A stretch of DNA of 64,000 nucleotides, taken from positions 160,001-224,000 of IMG/VR virus record IMGVR_UViG_3300037067_018912; one strand, given 5' to 3'. The stretch comes from a virus (lineage: Duplodnaviria > Caudoviricetes). A program made the translations under genes and the position numbers. Shown one piece after another: positions 1 through 10,538 of this stretch (positions within the stretch are counted from its first letter, which is position 1; the number at the start of each line of letters is the position of its first letter). The notes beneath the pieces were generated by a model. That model saw only the letters and a list, made by a program, of their open reading frames with translations, had not been told where the DNA came from and did no database searches.

Positions 1-82
1 AATTAAAAAAAATTTTATTCAGTCTATTTCGAACATATAAATACGTGAAAATTTCAAAAAAGACGCAAAAAACTATAAAATT

Positions 83-2125
83 TTATAATTTATTTTCTTT
101 CTTCTTCATAACGTGTTGATTTGCACCCAATTTCGCAAGCATATCACGGACAATCTTACCATTTCCTTCCGGTTCTTCGGAATCCAACGGCAAGTTGTTG
201 AAATCAAATTCCACAGTATCGGTGTTTTCAAATGGTTTATAGGTGGGTATCATTCCCCCATTTTGTAATTTTACCTCTTCGGTTTTTTCCTTTGGGGGAC
301 TTGTTTCTGGGGGTTTCACATCCTCAATCCTCACCTCCGGCGGTTCGACAACATCCGGATTGGTGGTATAAGTCTCCCCTGTCCATCCAAACGGATTATC
401 TAATTCATTCAACACGTCCTTCACCTTGTCGCTTGCCTCTTCAAGCAATGATTTGGTCTGCACCTCGACCACAATATTCTTTTCCACAGGTACGTTCTCA
501 TCAAACTCAATCAAAGAATCATCTTCCACAGGTTTCTGTACCTTATTCTCATTCATTTGGGCGTACTTTTCTCCCATTCCGGTCACCAAATCTTCATTCG
601 CCCTTCCTATAGCACGTGATTCAAAATCCTTGATGGTATCACCATCAGTAACATCACTCACCGCTACATGTATTAAATTTATTTTATCGTCAGATAATAA
701 TCCCGCTTGCCCCTCAATCCTACCCAATGCCTCATCAGTAGCACCTGGTGGCAATTTCCTTGTGTATTTAAGTGGATATCTCTTATCCTCAATAACGATC
801 ATCATTTTATCGTTATCGAAAATACAGTCACTAAACGTTTGACCATCACGTGCGAACCTCGCCTTAATAATCTTTATTGTTGCAAGATTGGCCTCCTTTT
901 GATCGTCTGTCTTGGCCACACTCATGAAGAAATGCGCTTTTTGTAATCTTTTAATGCTTCCACCCGTCTGAAACGCCTCAACTATTTCAGCGTTAAGTCC
1001 GCCACGATTTGTTTGAAGTGCCGTCCAGGCAGGAATGTCCATATCAGACGCCATTGCTTCAAACGATTTAATAATCACCAATTCCGCCTCTGTTCTATCA
1101 GGAGTCTTCTTGTGTGAATCGAGACAATCAAGGTAGTCGAGCACCACAATATCAAACTTGAATCCATATTTCTTTTGATGCCTGTTAATCCACGCCCGGA
1201 CATCCATCATGGTGGTGTTTTCCTGACTCATCTTGATAATGACAAGTCTACCCTTACCTTTCATTTTTTCGGCTTGGGCAACGACTATTTCCTTAACTTT
1301 TTTATTTTCCTCATCCATCTTACTCAATGGTACTCCTGACCAAATCGTAAAATGCTTCCTTTGAATTTGTTCAACAGTATCCTCAAATATGATCTGTAAC
1401 ACATTCTTATTGCATTCATATGCAGTATTGGCAATCTTCGTCAATGCGGTCGTCTTTCCAACCCCCGAAGGTGTCAGAATCACCCCAATCTCACCTTTAC
1501 CAAGACCACCACCCGTTAATGTATCAATCACATCAATGCCTGTTGGTATGGTCTGTCTAAATTCCTTTCTCAACACTCTATCGATGTTCTCAAATACTTC
1601 CGTGCCTTCATCCTCTTCAGCACCAATATGTGCAATTTTTAGAAATTTCTCTTCAATTTGGGCGATAACGTGTTTATTCTTTATTTCACCATTTTTCGTT
1701 TTATCAATAATAAATTCACCAGTCTTCCTATATTCTTGTTGTTTAATGAACATATTCGCCGACCTGCGGACAATTTCCCCATCGTGCAACATTTCCTTGT
1801 TCAAAACCCTATCATTCCACAATTCAATTTGTTGAAGTGCAGAGAACACCGATTCCTCCTCAATCTTGTTGTTCGGTGTCTTAAATTCATTGATTGCCTG
1901 TTGGATGCTGCGGTTTTGAAGATTAGGAACTTTACCATATTCCTTAAAGAACTCGTAGATGATGATGAACATCCTCTTCATGATAGGTTCATCAAAATAA
2001 TCGACAGCCAAATTCGGCAGTATTTTCTCTGCGAATTCGGGTTCGACAAGGAGTTGCCACATCATCTTCCGTTGAAAATCCGGACCGAGATACGATGTGA
2101 AAGTATTTTCAACAGTTTCGCTCAT
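83..2125 (-). CDS. dnaB: Replicative DNA helicase (DnaB/T4 gp41-like) with long acidic C-terminal extension
   Basis: IPTGIDVIDTLTGGGLGKGE, Walker A PSGVGKT, Walker B VVLDYLD, WTALQTNR motif. Start moved to ATG at 2125 (MSETVEN). Confidence 0.9.
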   Translation of the reverse strand: MSETVENTFTSYLGPDFQRKMMWQLLVEPEFAEKILPNLAVDYFDEPIMKRMFIIIYEFFKEYGKVPNLQNRSIQQAINEFKTPNNKIEEESVFSALQQIELWNDRVLNKEMLHDGEIVRRSANMFIKQQEYRKTGEFIIDKTKNGEIKNKHVIAQIEEKFLKIAHIGAEEDEGTEVFENIDRVLRKEFRQTIPTGIDVIDTLTGGGLGKGEIGVILTPSGVGKTTALTKIANTAYECNKNVLQIIFEDTVEQIQRKHFTIWSGVPLSKMDEENKKVKEIVVAQAEKMKGKGRLVIIKMSQENTTMMDVRAWINRHQKKYGFKFDIVVLDYLDCLDSHKKTPDRTEAELVIIKSFEAMASDMDIPAWTALQTNRGGLNAEIVEAFQTGGSIKRLQKAHFFMSVAKTDDQKEANLATIKIIKARFARDGQTFSDCIFDNDKMMIVIEDKRYPLKYTRKLPPGATDEALGRIEGQAGLLSDDKINLIHVAVSDVTDGDTIKDFESRAIGRANEDLVTGMGEKYAQMNENKVQKPVEDDSLIEFDENVPVEKNIVVEVQTKSLLEEASDKVKDVLNELDNPFGWTGETYTTNPDVVEPPEVRIEDVKPPETSPPKEKTEEVKLQNGGMIPTYKPFENTDTVEFDFNNLPLDSEEPEGNGKIVRDMLAKLGANQHVMKKKENKL

Positions 2126-2227
2126 ATAAGTGCGTAAAATGAGGGGGCAGTTGCAGAAAACAACTACAAATAGCAACGGTGAACAATTATTGAAACTAAC
2201 TTTGCAACCGCCCTTATGTTATTATTT

Positions 2228-2863
2228 TTAACTTCGGTAGTTCAATTTCCTCAACAAGTCTTCCCTTTTGGCGGGTGAAAACTCCCTTATTTGATTGATG
2301 GAATACCCTTTGTAATTAATTAATACGTAGTCGTCCCACATATTCCGAATGTCTTTCCTCTTGATCTTTTCGAATATCTGATCAGCGATTTCAATAACAG
2401 CGTAATACACGTCAAGCGACCACCGAGCAACAGGATTGAAACCATCAACATAAAATAACCTTTCAACAATCGGCTTATTGTTGATATAGAACCCGATTTT
2501 ACATTCAACACCTCTTATAACCTTTTCTTCAATGTGTTGAACAATCGGCTGCGGATTGTAATACCCTATCCTTCCGACAGGGGTGTGTATTATAGCCTGA
2601 TAATAATGATAAAGATTATATGAATGGTTGGGCGAATCCTCTTTGTCTGTTTCCTCCCTTCCTACTTCAAAAATCACATCGTAACTCTTCCTTGAAAGGG
2701 TCTTCTGTAGCCTGGTTATGGCTCTCGGCAGTATGTCCCGTATATCGATTGAATATCTTGTAAATGGATTGAATTGATCTGCATCAAATGCTTTTTCACA
2801 CAACAAAACATCCCCCTGATACAACGAGAATTTGAACACGTTGCTGTATCCTTTTTCGCCCAT
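2228..2863 (-). CDS. Hypothetical protein in the replication operon
   Basis: 211 aa ORF co-oriented with replication genes; TATATTTG element upstream at 2899-2906. Confidence 0.7.
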   Translation of the reverse strand: MGEKGYSNVFKFSLYQGDVLLCEKAFDADQFNPFTRYSIDIRDILPRAITRLQKTLSRKSYDVIFEVGREETDKEDSPNHSYNLYHYYQAIIHTPVGRIGYYNPQPIVQHIEEKVIRGVECKIGFYINNKPIVERLFYVDGFNPVARWSLDVYYAVIEIADQIFEKIKRKDIRNMWDDYVLINYKGYSINQIREFSPAKREDLLRKLNYRS

Positions 2864-2898
2864 TTTAATCGATATTATCGTTAGTTAGTAGTCTTATA

Positions 2899-2906
2899 CA
2901 AATATA
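2899..2906 (-). promoter_or_regulatory. Bacteroidota-type -7 element (TATATTTG)
   Basis: Matches TAnnTTTG on the minus strand, 36 nt upstream of ATG 2863. Confidence 0.5.
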
Positions 2907-2935
2907 ATCAGATCACCCCGGATTTAAAAGGGTTT

Positions 2936-3988
2936 TTATAAATTACCTTTATTATTTTTTAGATATTCTGTAAGCAATTGTTTTTCATTCATTATCACGG
3001 TGTAAAACGGTTCGACGTAGTTTGCAAAAGTACCTGTATATATTTTTAAGAACTCGTCCTCCTGCATCATTTTAAGAAGATTTTTACTCCCTCTATTTTC
3101 CGGAGATAGCGGTATTTCCAACTGCAACAATCCTTCTTTCGCTTCTTCTGTGAGCATCGGTACTCTCAAATTAACCAATTTGTAATTGGTTTTCAACCTC
3201 TCAATACCCTTCAACAGGTTTTCAAAAGTTTTCAACGGTTTCTTCTTCTCTGCAATCCTGGCCTTATTCATCTCATCCACCTTTTGACAAATCTCCTTTA
3301 CGGTCATGTGCCTAAATTTCATCTCCGGGAAGTGATTGATTAGCGTCTTCTCGCCCCAACCTTGAATTCCTTGAATATTATCTGCATCATCACCACAAAT
3401 GATCTTCAATATCAACGCATTGGTATAATGATGATCAAAGTGCATTATATAATTCGTCTTATTGACAGGCTCGTCGATGCCGGGAATTATCATTGAAATG
3501 TTCAAATCCAATAATTGTGCGAAATCCCTATCGGCAGAATAAAGGAATATCTCCTCTTTGTTGTTATACTGTAAACAATATGCAGCAACCAGATCATCAC
3601 CCTCTACATCGTCGATCTCTATCTGTCTCAAAAAAAGTTCTTCCGCATATGCTTGTATTCTTTTCCTTTGCTTGAGGATGGACTCTTCTTTCTCTTTCTC
3701 TCTTCGTATTTCGGCGGCAGTCATCTCAATCCTCTTGTGCCATTCCTTCGTCTTCCGATTGGCTTTGTACTCGCTATCGATGTAATGCCTTAATATGCCT
3801 CCACCCTCGCCATCCCATACAAGCACAACCTTATTAATCAAATGTTCTTTGATTAATTTACGGACGGTGGTCATAAAAGCATATAATCCGCCAATATGAC
3901 CAAAGTTATTGGTGTGAGTATCTTTTGCGCCGTGGTACGACCTTTTCAAGAGATACGAAGAGTCCACCAGCAAAGTCCTTATTTTCAT
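2936..3988 (-). CDS. 5'-3' exonuclease / flap endonuclease (T4 RNase H, Pol I N-terminal family)
   Basis: LLVDSS, LVWDG, YKANR, EGDD, SADRDFAQL, GDDADNIQGIQGWGEKT helix-hairpin motif. Confidence 0.9.
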   Translation of the reverse strand: MKIRTLLVDSSYLLKRSYHGAKDTHTNNFGHIGGLYAFMTTVRKLIKEHLINKVVLVWDGEGGGILRHYIDSEYKANRKTKEWHKRIEMTAAEIRREKEKEESILKQRKRIQAYAEELFLRQIEIDDVEGDDLVAAYCLQYNNKEEIFLYSADRDFAQLLDLNISMIIPGIDEPVNKTNYIMHFDHHYTNALILKIICGDDADNIQGIQGWGEKTLINHFPEMKFRHMTVKEICQKVDEMNKARIAEKKKPLKTFENLLKGIERLKTNYKLVNLRVPMLTEEAKEGLLQLEIPLSPENRGSKNLLKMMQEDEFLKIYTGTFANYVEPFYTVIMNEKQLLTEYLKNNKGNL

Positions 3989-5133
3989 TCCTCCGGTTTT
4001 TCCTCAACCTCCACTCTGCTAATAATTTCATCCTCAAATGAAATCTTACCGTTGGCATCGATGTTCTTCGTCGATAATGTAAGGTCTTCGGCGTTGATGC
4101 TGTCGTCCTCGAACAAATTACGGAAATAGAGTATGTTTTTCTTTTTGAAACCCTCAATATCATCAGGATACACAAAACCAAGCGGTGTGGATATGATCGT
4201 GCCCTGCATTGAAATACCACCCAATGGTCCGTCAATGTGATTCTTAGCAACACTAATCTTGGTTTCAATACCGTAACTCACAGTACGCTTCTTACTGTCA
4301 GCAGTGGCCGCCTTCGTTCCGTGGGTTATAATTCCACCCATATGGAAAATCAATCTTGCGCCGAGATTCCATGTCTCACCACCTTTGTGTTTCACAACAC
4401 CCTTGTTCATATTGTCGATCCAGATTTTCTGTGTTGCGACAACGGTATTGGTGTGTGGCTTATTAATCTTCCTGCTGCTTGGAATCGTATTGTTCAAAAG
4501 GTACATGAATGCTTTCTCATATGCCCCGGCGTTCCACATATTGTTTTGTACATCATCTTTTTCTTGTGCATTGATGGTCTTGATGCAGTTCAACGTGCCG
4601 ATCGAATCAATAGCAAACAACAAATCCACATCAAGCAAACCTGCGGCCTGTTTGTCAAGATAATAATAGAAGCATTTCGCCAAATCCTCAATTGACGCCT
4701 CTTTTCTGTCCTTATCCTGCAACTTCCCGAATTTGTCAAGAATGAAATCGTTGTCAATATAAATATAATTGTCGAAATCGAACCCCAATTCTTTCAAACG
4801 ATAGTTTCCCCGTCTTAAATTGTTTTCAGTGTCGATGAGAATTGGAACGATCCCCATCCTCTGCGCCGACACAAGAGCCTCGCAGATTGCAGTAGATTTT
4901 CCTGTGTTTGTATGACCCCGAACTTGATTGACATAACCTTTGGCGAATCCCGGTAATCCGGTCGCCCTTCTCACACCCGGAGACATTTCTATCCATTCCA
5001 ACGGTTTGTCGGGAATGTTTTCAATACCTTCCTTCTTCTTAAAATCGTCCAATGAAAAAGTCTTTTTTGCTGTAGGTTTCCTTACCACAGGATTATTGGC
5101 AGGTACTTCCTTTTCAGTCACTATTTTCGCCAT
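3985..5133 (-). CDS. uvsX: RecA/UvsX-like recombinase
   Basis: Walker A GHTNTGKST, LIDTE, AIDSIG, KGG, KNH; lies between SSB and exonuclease. Confidence 0.85.
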   Translation of the reverse strand: MAKIVTEKEVPANNPVVRKPTAKKTFSLDDFKKKEGIENIPDKPLEWIEMSPGVRRATGLPGFAKGYVNQVRGHTNTGKSTAICEALVSAQRMGIVPILIDTENNLRRGNYRLKELGFDFDNYIYIDNDFILDKFGKLQDKDRKEASIEDLAKCFYYYLDKQAAGLLDVDLLFAIDSIGTLNCIKTINAQEKDDVQNNMWNAGAYEKAFMYLLNNTIPSSRKINKPHTNTVVATQKIWIDNMNKGVVKHKGGETWNLGARLIFHMGGIITHGTKAATADSKKRTVSYGIETKISVAKNHIDGPLGGISMQGTIISTPLGFVYPDDIEGFKKKNILYFRNLFEDDSINAEDLTLSTKNIDANGKISFEDEIISRVEVEEKPEE

Positions 5134-5157
5134 GTTGTTTGAATTTTTACGTAGTTT

Positions 5158-5188
5158 AAAAAGGGGGACGTATAAAATCCCCCCTTAT
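5158..5188. terminator. Hairpin, probable intrinsic terminator/attenuator after the SSB gene
   Basis: AAGGGGGA-cgtataaaa-TCCCCCCTT with A-run on the left (U-run on the minus strand). Confidence 0.6.
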
Positions 5189-5206
5189 TGTTTTTCAAAT
5201 TACACC

Positions 5207-6448
5207 TTAAAAGGGCAGGTCATCATATGCCCCACTCGTACCTTCTTGACCGGGATCAGGTGCTTCCACATTGGAGGCACTCTGCGCCTGTGAAAGAATA
5301 GTTGCACCCACATCAACCGAATTGTCGACATATGTGCCAACTTTGTCGGGAGTGATGTTACTGATGGTCACACGTGGATATTCCTCATCCTCATCCAAAT
5401 CGGACGCATATTCGAAATTCTCGTCGTCATTACCATCGAGGTCACGATTACGTGTGTTTGCAGCCGTTTCAAGATCAGGACGGCCTGGGAACACCCAATG
5501 CTTGTTATTGGCATCACTGTCATCCCAATATGGGTTTCTTTCCGCTACAATCGCTTCAAGGAATTCGTATGGCGGCATCCCCGGTGCTTGTTTCGGTTTG
5601 AAAACATCCCTCCAAGTAATCTGATCATTGAGCCATTCCGTTACCACAACAGGATCGTTGTGTAATGGTGATTTTCCATCGAACATAATAGCCGATACTT
5701 TCCTGTACTCATGACCATTGAAATCACTGAGAGCAGTAACAATTTTCAAATCCGTCCCGTCGACAGCACTTGAAAAATCGGCTTTTTGAACCGTCATGTA
5801 CTGTTCAAGAACAGGCAGCAACTTGTCCAAAGGACCATCCTTGCGGTAATTGTGTTTGAACCTCCAGAATTTTACACCGTCTTTCACTGCACCTCTGTCG
5901 ATACCACGGACGATATAAAACTTTTTGGCTTCCCACTTACTGGCTTCGGTGAAGATCGCCTTGTTCTTCTCAAAGATCGGCTTTTGTGCGTCGGTGATAT
6001 TCTCTTTCTTAATTCCCCTCAACGAAGGGTCTTGTTTCTTGAGAATTTCCTTTGCCTTTGCACAAAGCGGACAAGGTGCAGGAATCATGATCGGTTGGTT
6101 GTTGGAATCCAACAACGGATTGCCGTTCGCATCCAATTTCTTCACCTTGGGATCGTTATGAGCCGGACAGTAAATGATTGTGTTGAATTTTTTCTTGCCG
6201 CCTGAAATCGTGGTAGTAACAACATGGAAGAATGCTTCTTCGATGTGTTTCTTGCCTGGTTTCGGGGGAAGGATTCGGAAGGTTTCGGAAGGTTGTCGTG
6301 GAACGAAATACTTTTTCAGCATGTCCTCACGTGATTTCCTTCTTCCTGGTTGATTTTCAGACTTTTCTTTAAAGTCTTTGAAGAGTTTTTTCAATTCTGA
6401 CAAATCGCCACCTTGTGCGTTTGCCGCATTCGTACTAACATTTTCCAT
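5207..6448 (-). CDS. Single-stranded DNA-binding protein (T4 gp32-like)
   Basis: FRILPP, CPAH...CPLC Zn motif, GVKFWRF, GTDLKI, acidic tail ending DDLPF. Confidence 0.8.
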   Translation of the reverse strand: MENVSTNAANAQGGDLSELKKLFKDFKEKSENQPGRRKSREDMLKKYFVPRQPSETFRILPPKPGKKHIEEAFFHVVTTTISGGKKKFNTIIYCPAHNDPKVKKLDANGNPLLDSNNQPIMIPAPCPLCAKAKEILKKQDPSLRGIKKENITDAQKPIFEKNKAIFTEASKWEAKKFYIVRGIDRGAVKDGVKFWRFKHNYRKDGPLDKLLPVLEQYMTVQKADFSSAVDGTDLKIVTALSDFNGHEYRKVSAIMFDGKSPLHNDPVVVTEWLNDQITWRDVFKPKQAPGMPPYEFLEAIVAERNPYWDDSDANNKHWVFPGRPDLETAANTRNRDLDGNDDENFEYASDLDEDEEYPRVTISNITPDKVGTYVDNSVDVGATILSQAQSASNVEAPDPGQEGTSGAYDDLPF

Positions 6449-6568
6449 TTCAAAAAAATTTACAGTTACAATTATTTTTCAATTCGTAAAAATTGCAATT
6501 CTAAAATTACAATAGGTTTCCTATAAATACAAGAGTTTTTAAAAATAAACCTGAAACTCTCGCAATAT

Positions 6569-7990
6569 TTAAACTTTCAATACATTATCTGAAACAACGG
6601 TGAAATTAAGTGTCTGCTTATTCTCGAAATAACCACCATTCTTCATTCTAATCTGCAATTGATAATCGGCGGGGATCAACCAAGATGTATCAAGATTGAA
6701 CTCATATCCGGTATTTGTCCTGTCTACAGAAGTGAACGGAACTACATCAATCTCGTACTTTTTCCCAACCGTCGTGAACAACCTGTATTCAATGTTCAAA
6801 GGCAGGAAATTATTTTGGTTTGCATACAATTCCTTTATCGTCAATTTGATCTTGCGGACGCCCCCTGTTGTTAGATTTTCCTTTTCCCCGACACCCCAAA
6901 AATAAAAGAAATAATTATCGAGATTTACCGTACATGAATTATCAAAAGTGAAATATCTATCCTGAGAAATCAAATAAAACTCACCTTCATATTCTGTCGT
7001 TCTTCCGTTGATAGTAACGTTCCATACATCCCTGAACAACACTGCATCAGGGTATTCACTTGAAGCAACACTTAAAGTAACCTTGTAAACCCCTTTGCGC
7101 ACATTCACAATTGAAGCACCACTTAAAATATCTATCAGATTGTCCTCATAATCATATATTTCAACGTCATTCACTGTGATATCTTGCGCAAAACCACCAA
7201 CATTGACATAAAGATACAAATCATTTTCCTTGTCAAGGTAGAAATAATTCCTATCGTCAGTTATTGTATCATCTATAATGGTCTCGATATATGGTTCATA
7301 CCAAGTATTTGTGCCTTTTGCGTGGAATGCAACTGCCTGTCTGAATTCGGTTTCAAGTTCCTCATACATCTCAGCGAACTTAATTCCAAGTCCGTAGGAA
7401 TTCCCGGTATACGCCGAAGTCCCGGTGTAACCTGTACCGAATAACCTTTGGTTGACATAATCAGTAATGTCGATTTCAATACTTTCACTCCCTTTCTCGA
7501 ATTCTTGGGACGAAATGATTTGAGTAATACCGCTTTGGTATGAGCCACCGCTTTGTGCCCAAGGAACATTTGTTTTTCGGAAATACCAATTGGAAGCCTG
7601 TTCCATATAGTTCTGCAATGGTATTCCATCACTATACATGAAATCGTAACCACCACCCTCGTCCCAATCCTCGTCGACGTTATACAAATCCAATTGGAAA
7701 CTCGTCGCCCTATCAATATTCAAGGAATAGGACTTCTTTCCAACATATTGCTCTGCATAACTGATGGTATTGGTCATATGAAGTACATGCCTCACAATTC
7801 TATCCGGATTGATGAAGCCTTCTTCTATCCTGTTCCTCAAATCACTCAAGTCGACATCAAATATAAACCTGCTCGGCTCGGCATTGAACGTACCGTAGGA
7901 TATTTCCGTGACTGGGTTTTGGGAATTGTTAAACAGGACACCTTTGACCAGCGTGCTGTTTTTCAGGAAATATGACCGGAATACTGACAT
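6569..7990 (-). CDS. Putative virion structural protein
   Basis: 473 aa, beta-rich composition, GTATTTATA motif just upstream. Confidence 0.55.
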   Translation of the reverse strand: MSVFRSYFLKNSTLVKGVLFNNSQNPVTEISYGTFNAEPSRFIFDVDLSDLRNRIEEGFINPDRIVRHVLHMTNTISYAEQYVGKKSYSLNIDRATSFQLDLYNVDEDWDEGGGYDFMYSDGIPLQNYMEQASNWYFRKTNVPWAQSGGSYQSGITQIISSQEFEKGSESIEIDITDYVNQRLFGTGYTGTSAYTGNSYGLGIKFAEMYEELETEFRQAVAFHAKGTNTWYEPYIETIIDDTITDDRNYFYLDKENDLYLYVNVGGFAQDITVNDVEIYDYEDNLIDILSGASIVNVRKGVYKVTLSVASSEYPDAVLFRDVWNVTINGRTTEYEGEFYLISQDRYFTFDNSCTVNLDNYFFYFWGVGEKENLTTGGVRKIKLTIKELYANQNNFLPLNIEYRLFTTVGKKYEIDVVPFTSVDRTNTGYEFNLDTSWLIPADYQLQIRMKNGGYFENKQTLNFTVVSDNVLKV

Positions 7991-8019
7991 TTTAATTTTA
8001 TTATAAATACCTCCATATC

Positions 8020-8051
8020 AAAAAAGGACTATCTTTCGACAGTCCTTTTTT
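8020..8051. terminator. Bidirectional intrinsic terminator
   Basis: AAAAAAGGACT-atctttcgac-AGTCCTTTTTT. Confidence 0.75.
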
Positions 8052-8070
8052 ATCGTCAGGATCATAAAAC

Positions 8071-10527
8071 TTAGGCATTCGTCTCAATCCACTCCATTAT
8101 CTTGCTCGCATAATATGAAGATGTCAGATCATTCAAGAAATTATCGATTTCCATCCCGGCGTTTGGCTCATCAATCATGAAGGATTTTGATTCAATTGGT
8201 TGTTTTGTGTTCCAATCCAATGCTTCGATTTGAATTGCCCTACCTGAGATAACGAGTTTAATAATACCACCCTTGGCATACTCGCCGATCTTGAAAACCT
8301 TAGTTTTCATATTTCCTGCAGCCATTTCATCCATTTTCTCTGGTTCTTCTTCTTCGCCTCCGTCAATTTCATCGCCGACGTTTTTGGGTTTGAAACCAAG
8401 AAGCATATTGGTCATTTCTTTATCTTCTCCATCGGTGGGTTTTTCTTCCGAATCTCCTTCACCACCACCCTTTTCTGACTTGGCTTGGTCTTCCATCTGT
8501 TTCAAACGGGTGTAATAGTCAGGAAATTCTGCGAGATGATCCATAGCAATTTCAAACGCTTTCATTGGATCGTCCGTGTGCTCCATTTCTACATCAACAC
8601 CCATCGCCAATTGATCAAGATTGAACTCCAACGGCGACTTGCCCTCGGCTTTTCCGCCAGGAATTTGTTCGCCCGCCGCTTCCTTGTCTGTCGCCATCTG
8701 TGCGATGTCGTCGCTTTGTTGTTCTTCTGATGGTTGTTCATCATCCATTGAAGGGTTTTCAATATCATTTTCAGGCTGTTCTGGTGTTACACCGTCGATA
8801 GGTTCAGGAGTTTCAACATCATCATTATTCTCAGATTCATCCCCATCCTCCATAAGACCCTTAGATTTCTGCTTGGCCAAATCATCCACCTGTTGACGGA
8901 GTGATTTAACAGTAGTCTGTGGACTTGGCATCTCATCGTATTTGGACGCTGTTTGTATGTTCTTTCTTGCGATTTCCGGGTCTTCCTCTTCTTTTATCTT
9001 GATTTTTTTGGAATATTTTTTTTGTTTTTTGTTGTATTGTTTTTCGGGACTGAATTCCTTACCCAATTCCTTGGGATAATCACTCTTTTCTTCACCTTCG
9101 CCAAGGTAATCGTCCGCCCATGCGGGGTGCACCCTGCTCTTGGCAGGAGGTTGAACACCCGTCAACTTATTGATTTCACCTTTAATCTGTTCCATAGTCG
9201 GTGTTTGAACACCGCTTGCAATCAGATTATCATAAGCCTGGTTGATAATTTGTCTTTTTTCTTCCGGAATTTCCTCCGTTGGTTCAGTGTCCACAGGAAG
9301 TGGATCGTCAATGCCCGGCACTTCCTCCGGCGCATTTTTTTGTTTAAATTTGTTCACAAAATTGACATACTTACCTGCGTCCTCTCCACCTTCGTCACCC
9401 ACTTCTTCGGGCGGCAGGTTGAGATTATCGTCTGCAACTTGAATATCATCCTCGTCGTCCTGTTCATTCATTTTCGACATGTATGCAACAAACATCGCAT
9501 TGGCTACCTTTGCAATCATTTCGGTATACGTCTCAGAATCCATGCTGTAGAATTGTTCGGGAGTGAGTTCACTGGAGATCGCTTCAATGGCTGCATTAAT
9601 ATAACCTTGTTTTCCTTGTGGACTGAGTGATCTGTAATGACCTTGGTGAGCCTTGTTTACAATGGTATCAGCAGTTTTACCGACATTTAAAATATTTTCA
9701 GTCATGGGATTGTTCGCAATTTCTTCGGATTTGTCCCATATCTGTTTTAACTCTTCATCCGGTAACTTATTAAAATCATCGGCAGTATATTTGAAATATT
9801 TTGCAAGTTCAGGATGCCTGCCTTGAACTGCTTGTGCTGTTGGGTCTTTCGACCATGTATTTGCAAAATAATTAACCAAATTGTTTCTTGTTTCCGGCGA
9901 ATACGTCGATTCATTAACAATCTTCTTCAATTCCTCGGCGTCAACCCTCAATTTTGGGTTGGTTGGTTTTTCATCTGCGTATTGGATGGGTTTTACCATA
10001 CCCTCCCGATCTTTTGCACCAAAGGGATATGAGTCAATCTTCTTGGCCGCCTCTTCGTAAATCTCGTCCATTTCTTCCGGCGCACCTTCCTCGGCATCGA
10101 TGTATTTCTGCACAATATCGAAGAGTTCGTTTTTATGCTGCATGTTAAACCTTCTCAAATCGTTCTCAGTCAATTCAACAGTCTCACTGCCGTCGGCAGC
10201 ATCAAACGTAAAACTGATAAGAGCAACTTCATTCACGCTGAAAACACCGTCTTGATCACCTTCGGATAAATTGGCTTTGAATGTAAACGTCAGATTGTCG
10301 TTTTGTTTGTCAATAGCAGTAATTTCAACGAATGTTTGATCGTTATCCGTTTGTGTGTTTGATTGTTCGATATTAAGAACACCATTCTTGAGATCGTTAA
10401 ATGCAACATCCAAAACTCCGGTTTTGGAATAGTTCTGTACAACGGCTTCATCAAGCCTGATTTTATTCACTTTTTGAAATATGTCGAGAAGTCTCTCGCT
10501 GCTGCCTATCTTGTCAAATACTTTCAT
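8071..10527 (-). CDS. Large acidic putative internal head protein with DUF5661-like segment and shared N-terminal leader
   Basis: QLAMGVDVEMEHTDDPMKAFEIAMDHLAEFPDYYTRLKQME resembles DUF5661; leader SERLLDIFQKVN; multiple (I/L/M/V)xE sites. Confidence 0.6.
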   Translation of the reverse strand: MKVFDKIGSSERLLDIFQKVNKIRLDEAVVQNYSKTGVLDVAFNDLKNGVLNIEQSNTQTDNDQTFVEITAIDKQNDNLTFTFKANLSEGDQDGVFSVNEVALISFTFDAADGSETVELTENDLRRFNMQHKNELFDIVQKYIDAEEGAPEEMDEIYEEAAKKIDSYPFGAKDREGMVKPIQYADEKPTNPKLRVDAEELKKIVNESTYSPETRNNLVNYFANTWSKDPTAQAVQGRHPELAKYFKYTADDFNKLPDEELKQIWDKSEEIANNPMTENILNVGKTADTIVNKAHQGHYRSLSPQGKQGYINAAIEAISSELTPEQFYSMDSETYTEMIAKVANAMFVAYMSKMNEQDDEDDIQVADDNLNLPPEEVGDEGGEDAGKYVNFVNKFKQKNAPEEVPGIDDPLPVDTEPTEEIPEEKRQIINQAYDNLIASGVQTPTMEQIKGEINKLTGVQPPAKSRVHPAWADDYLGEGEEKSDYPKELGKEFSPEKQYNKKQKKYSKKIKIKEEEDPEIARKNIQTASKYDEMPSPQTTVKSLRQQVDDLAKQKSKGLMEDGDESENNDDVETPEPIDGVTPEQPENDIENPSMDDEQPSEEQQSDDIAQMATDKEAAGEQIPGGKAEGKSPLEFNLDQLAMGVDVEMEHTDDPMKAFEIAMDHLAEFPDYYTRLKQMEDQAKSEKGGGEGDSEEKPTDGEDKEMTNMLLGFKPKNVGDEIDGGEEEEPEKMDEMAAGNMKTKVFKIGEYAKGGIIKLVISGRAIQIEALDWNTKQPIESKSFMIDEPNAGMEIDNFLNDLTSSYYASKIMEWIETNA

Positions 10528-10538
10528 AATTTTTGTTG

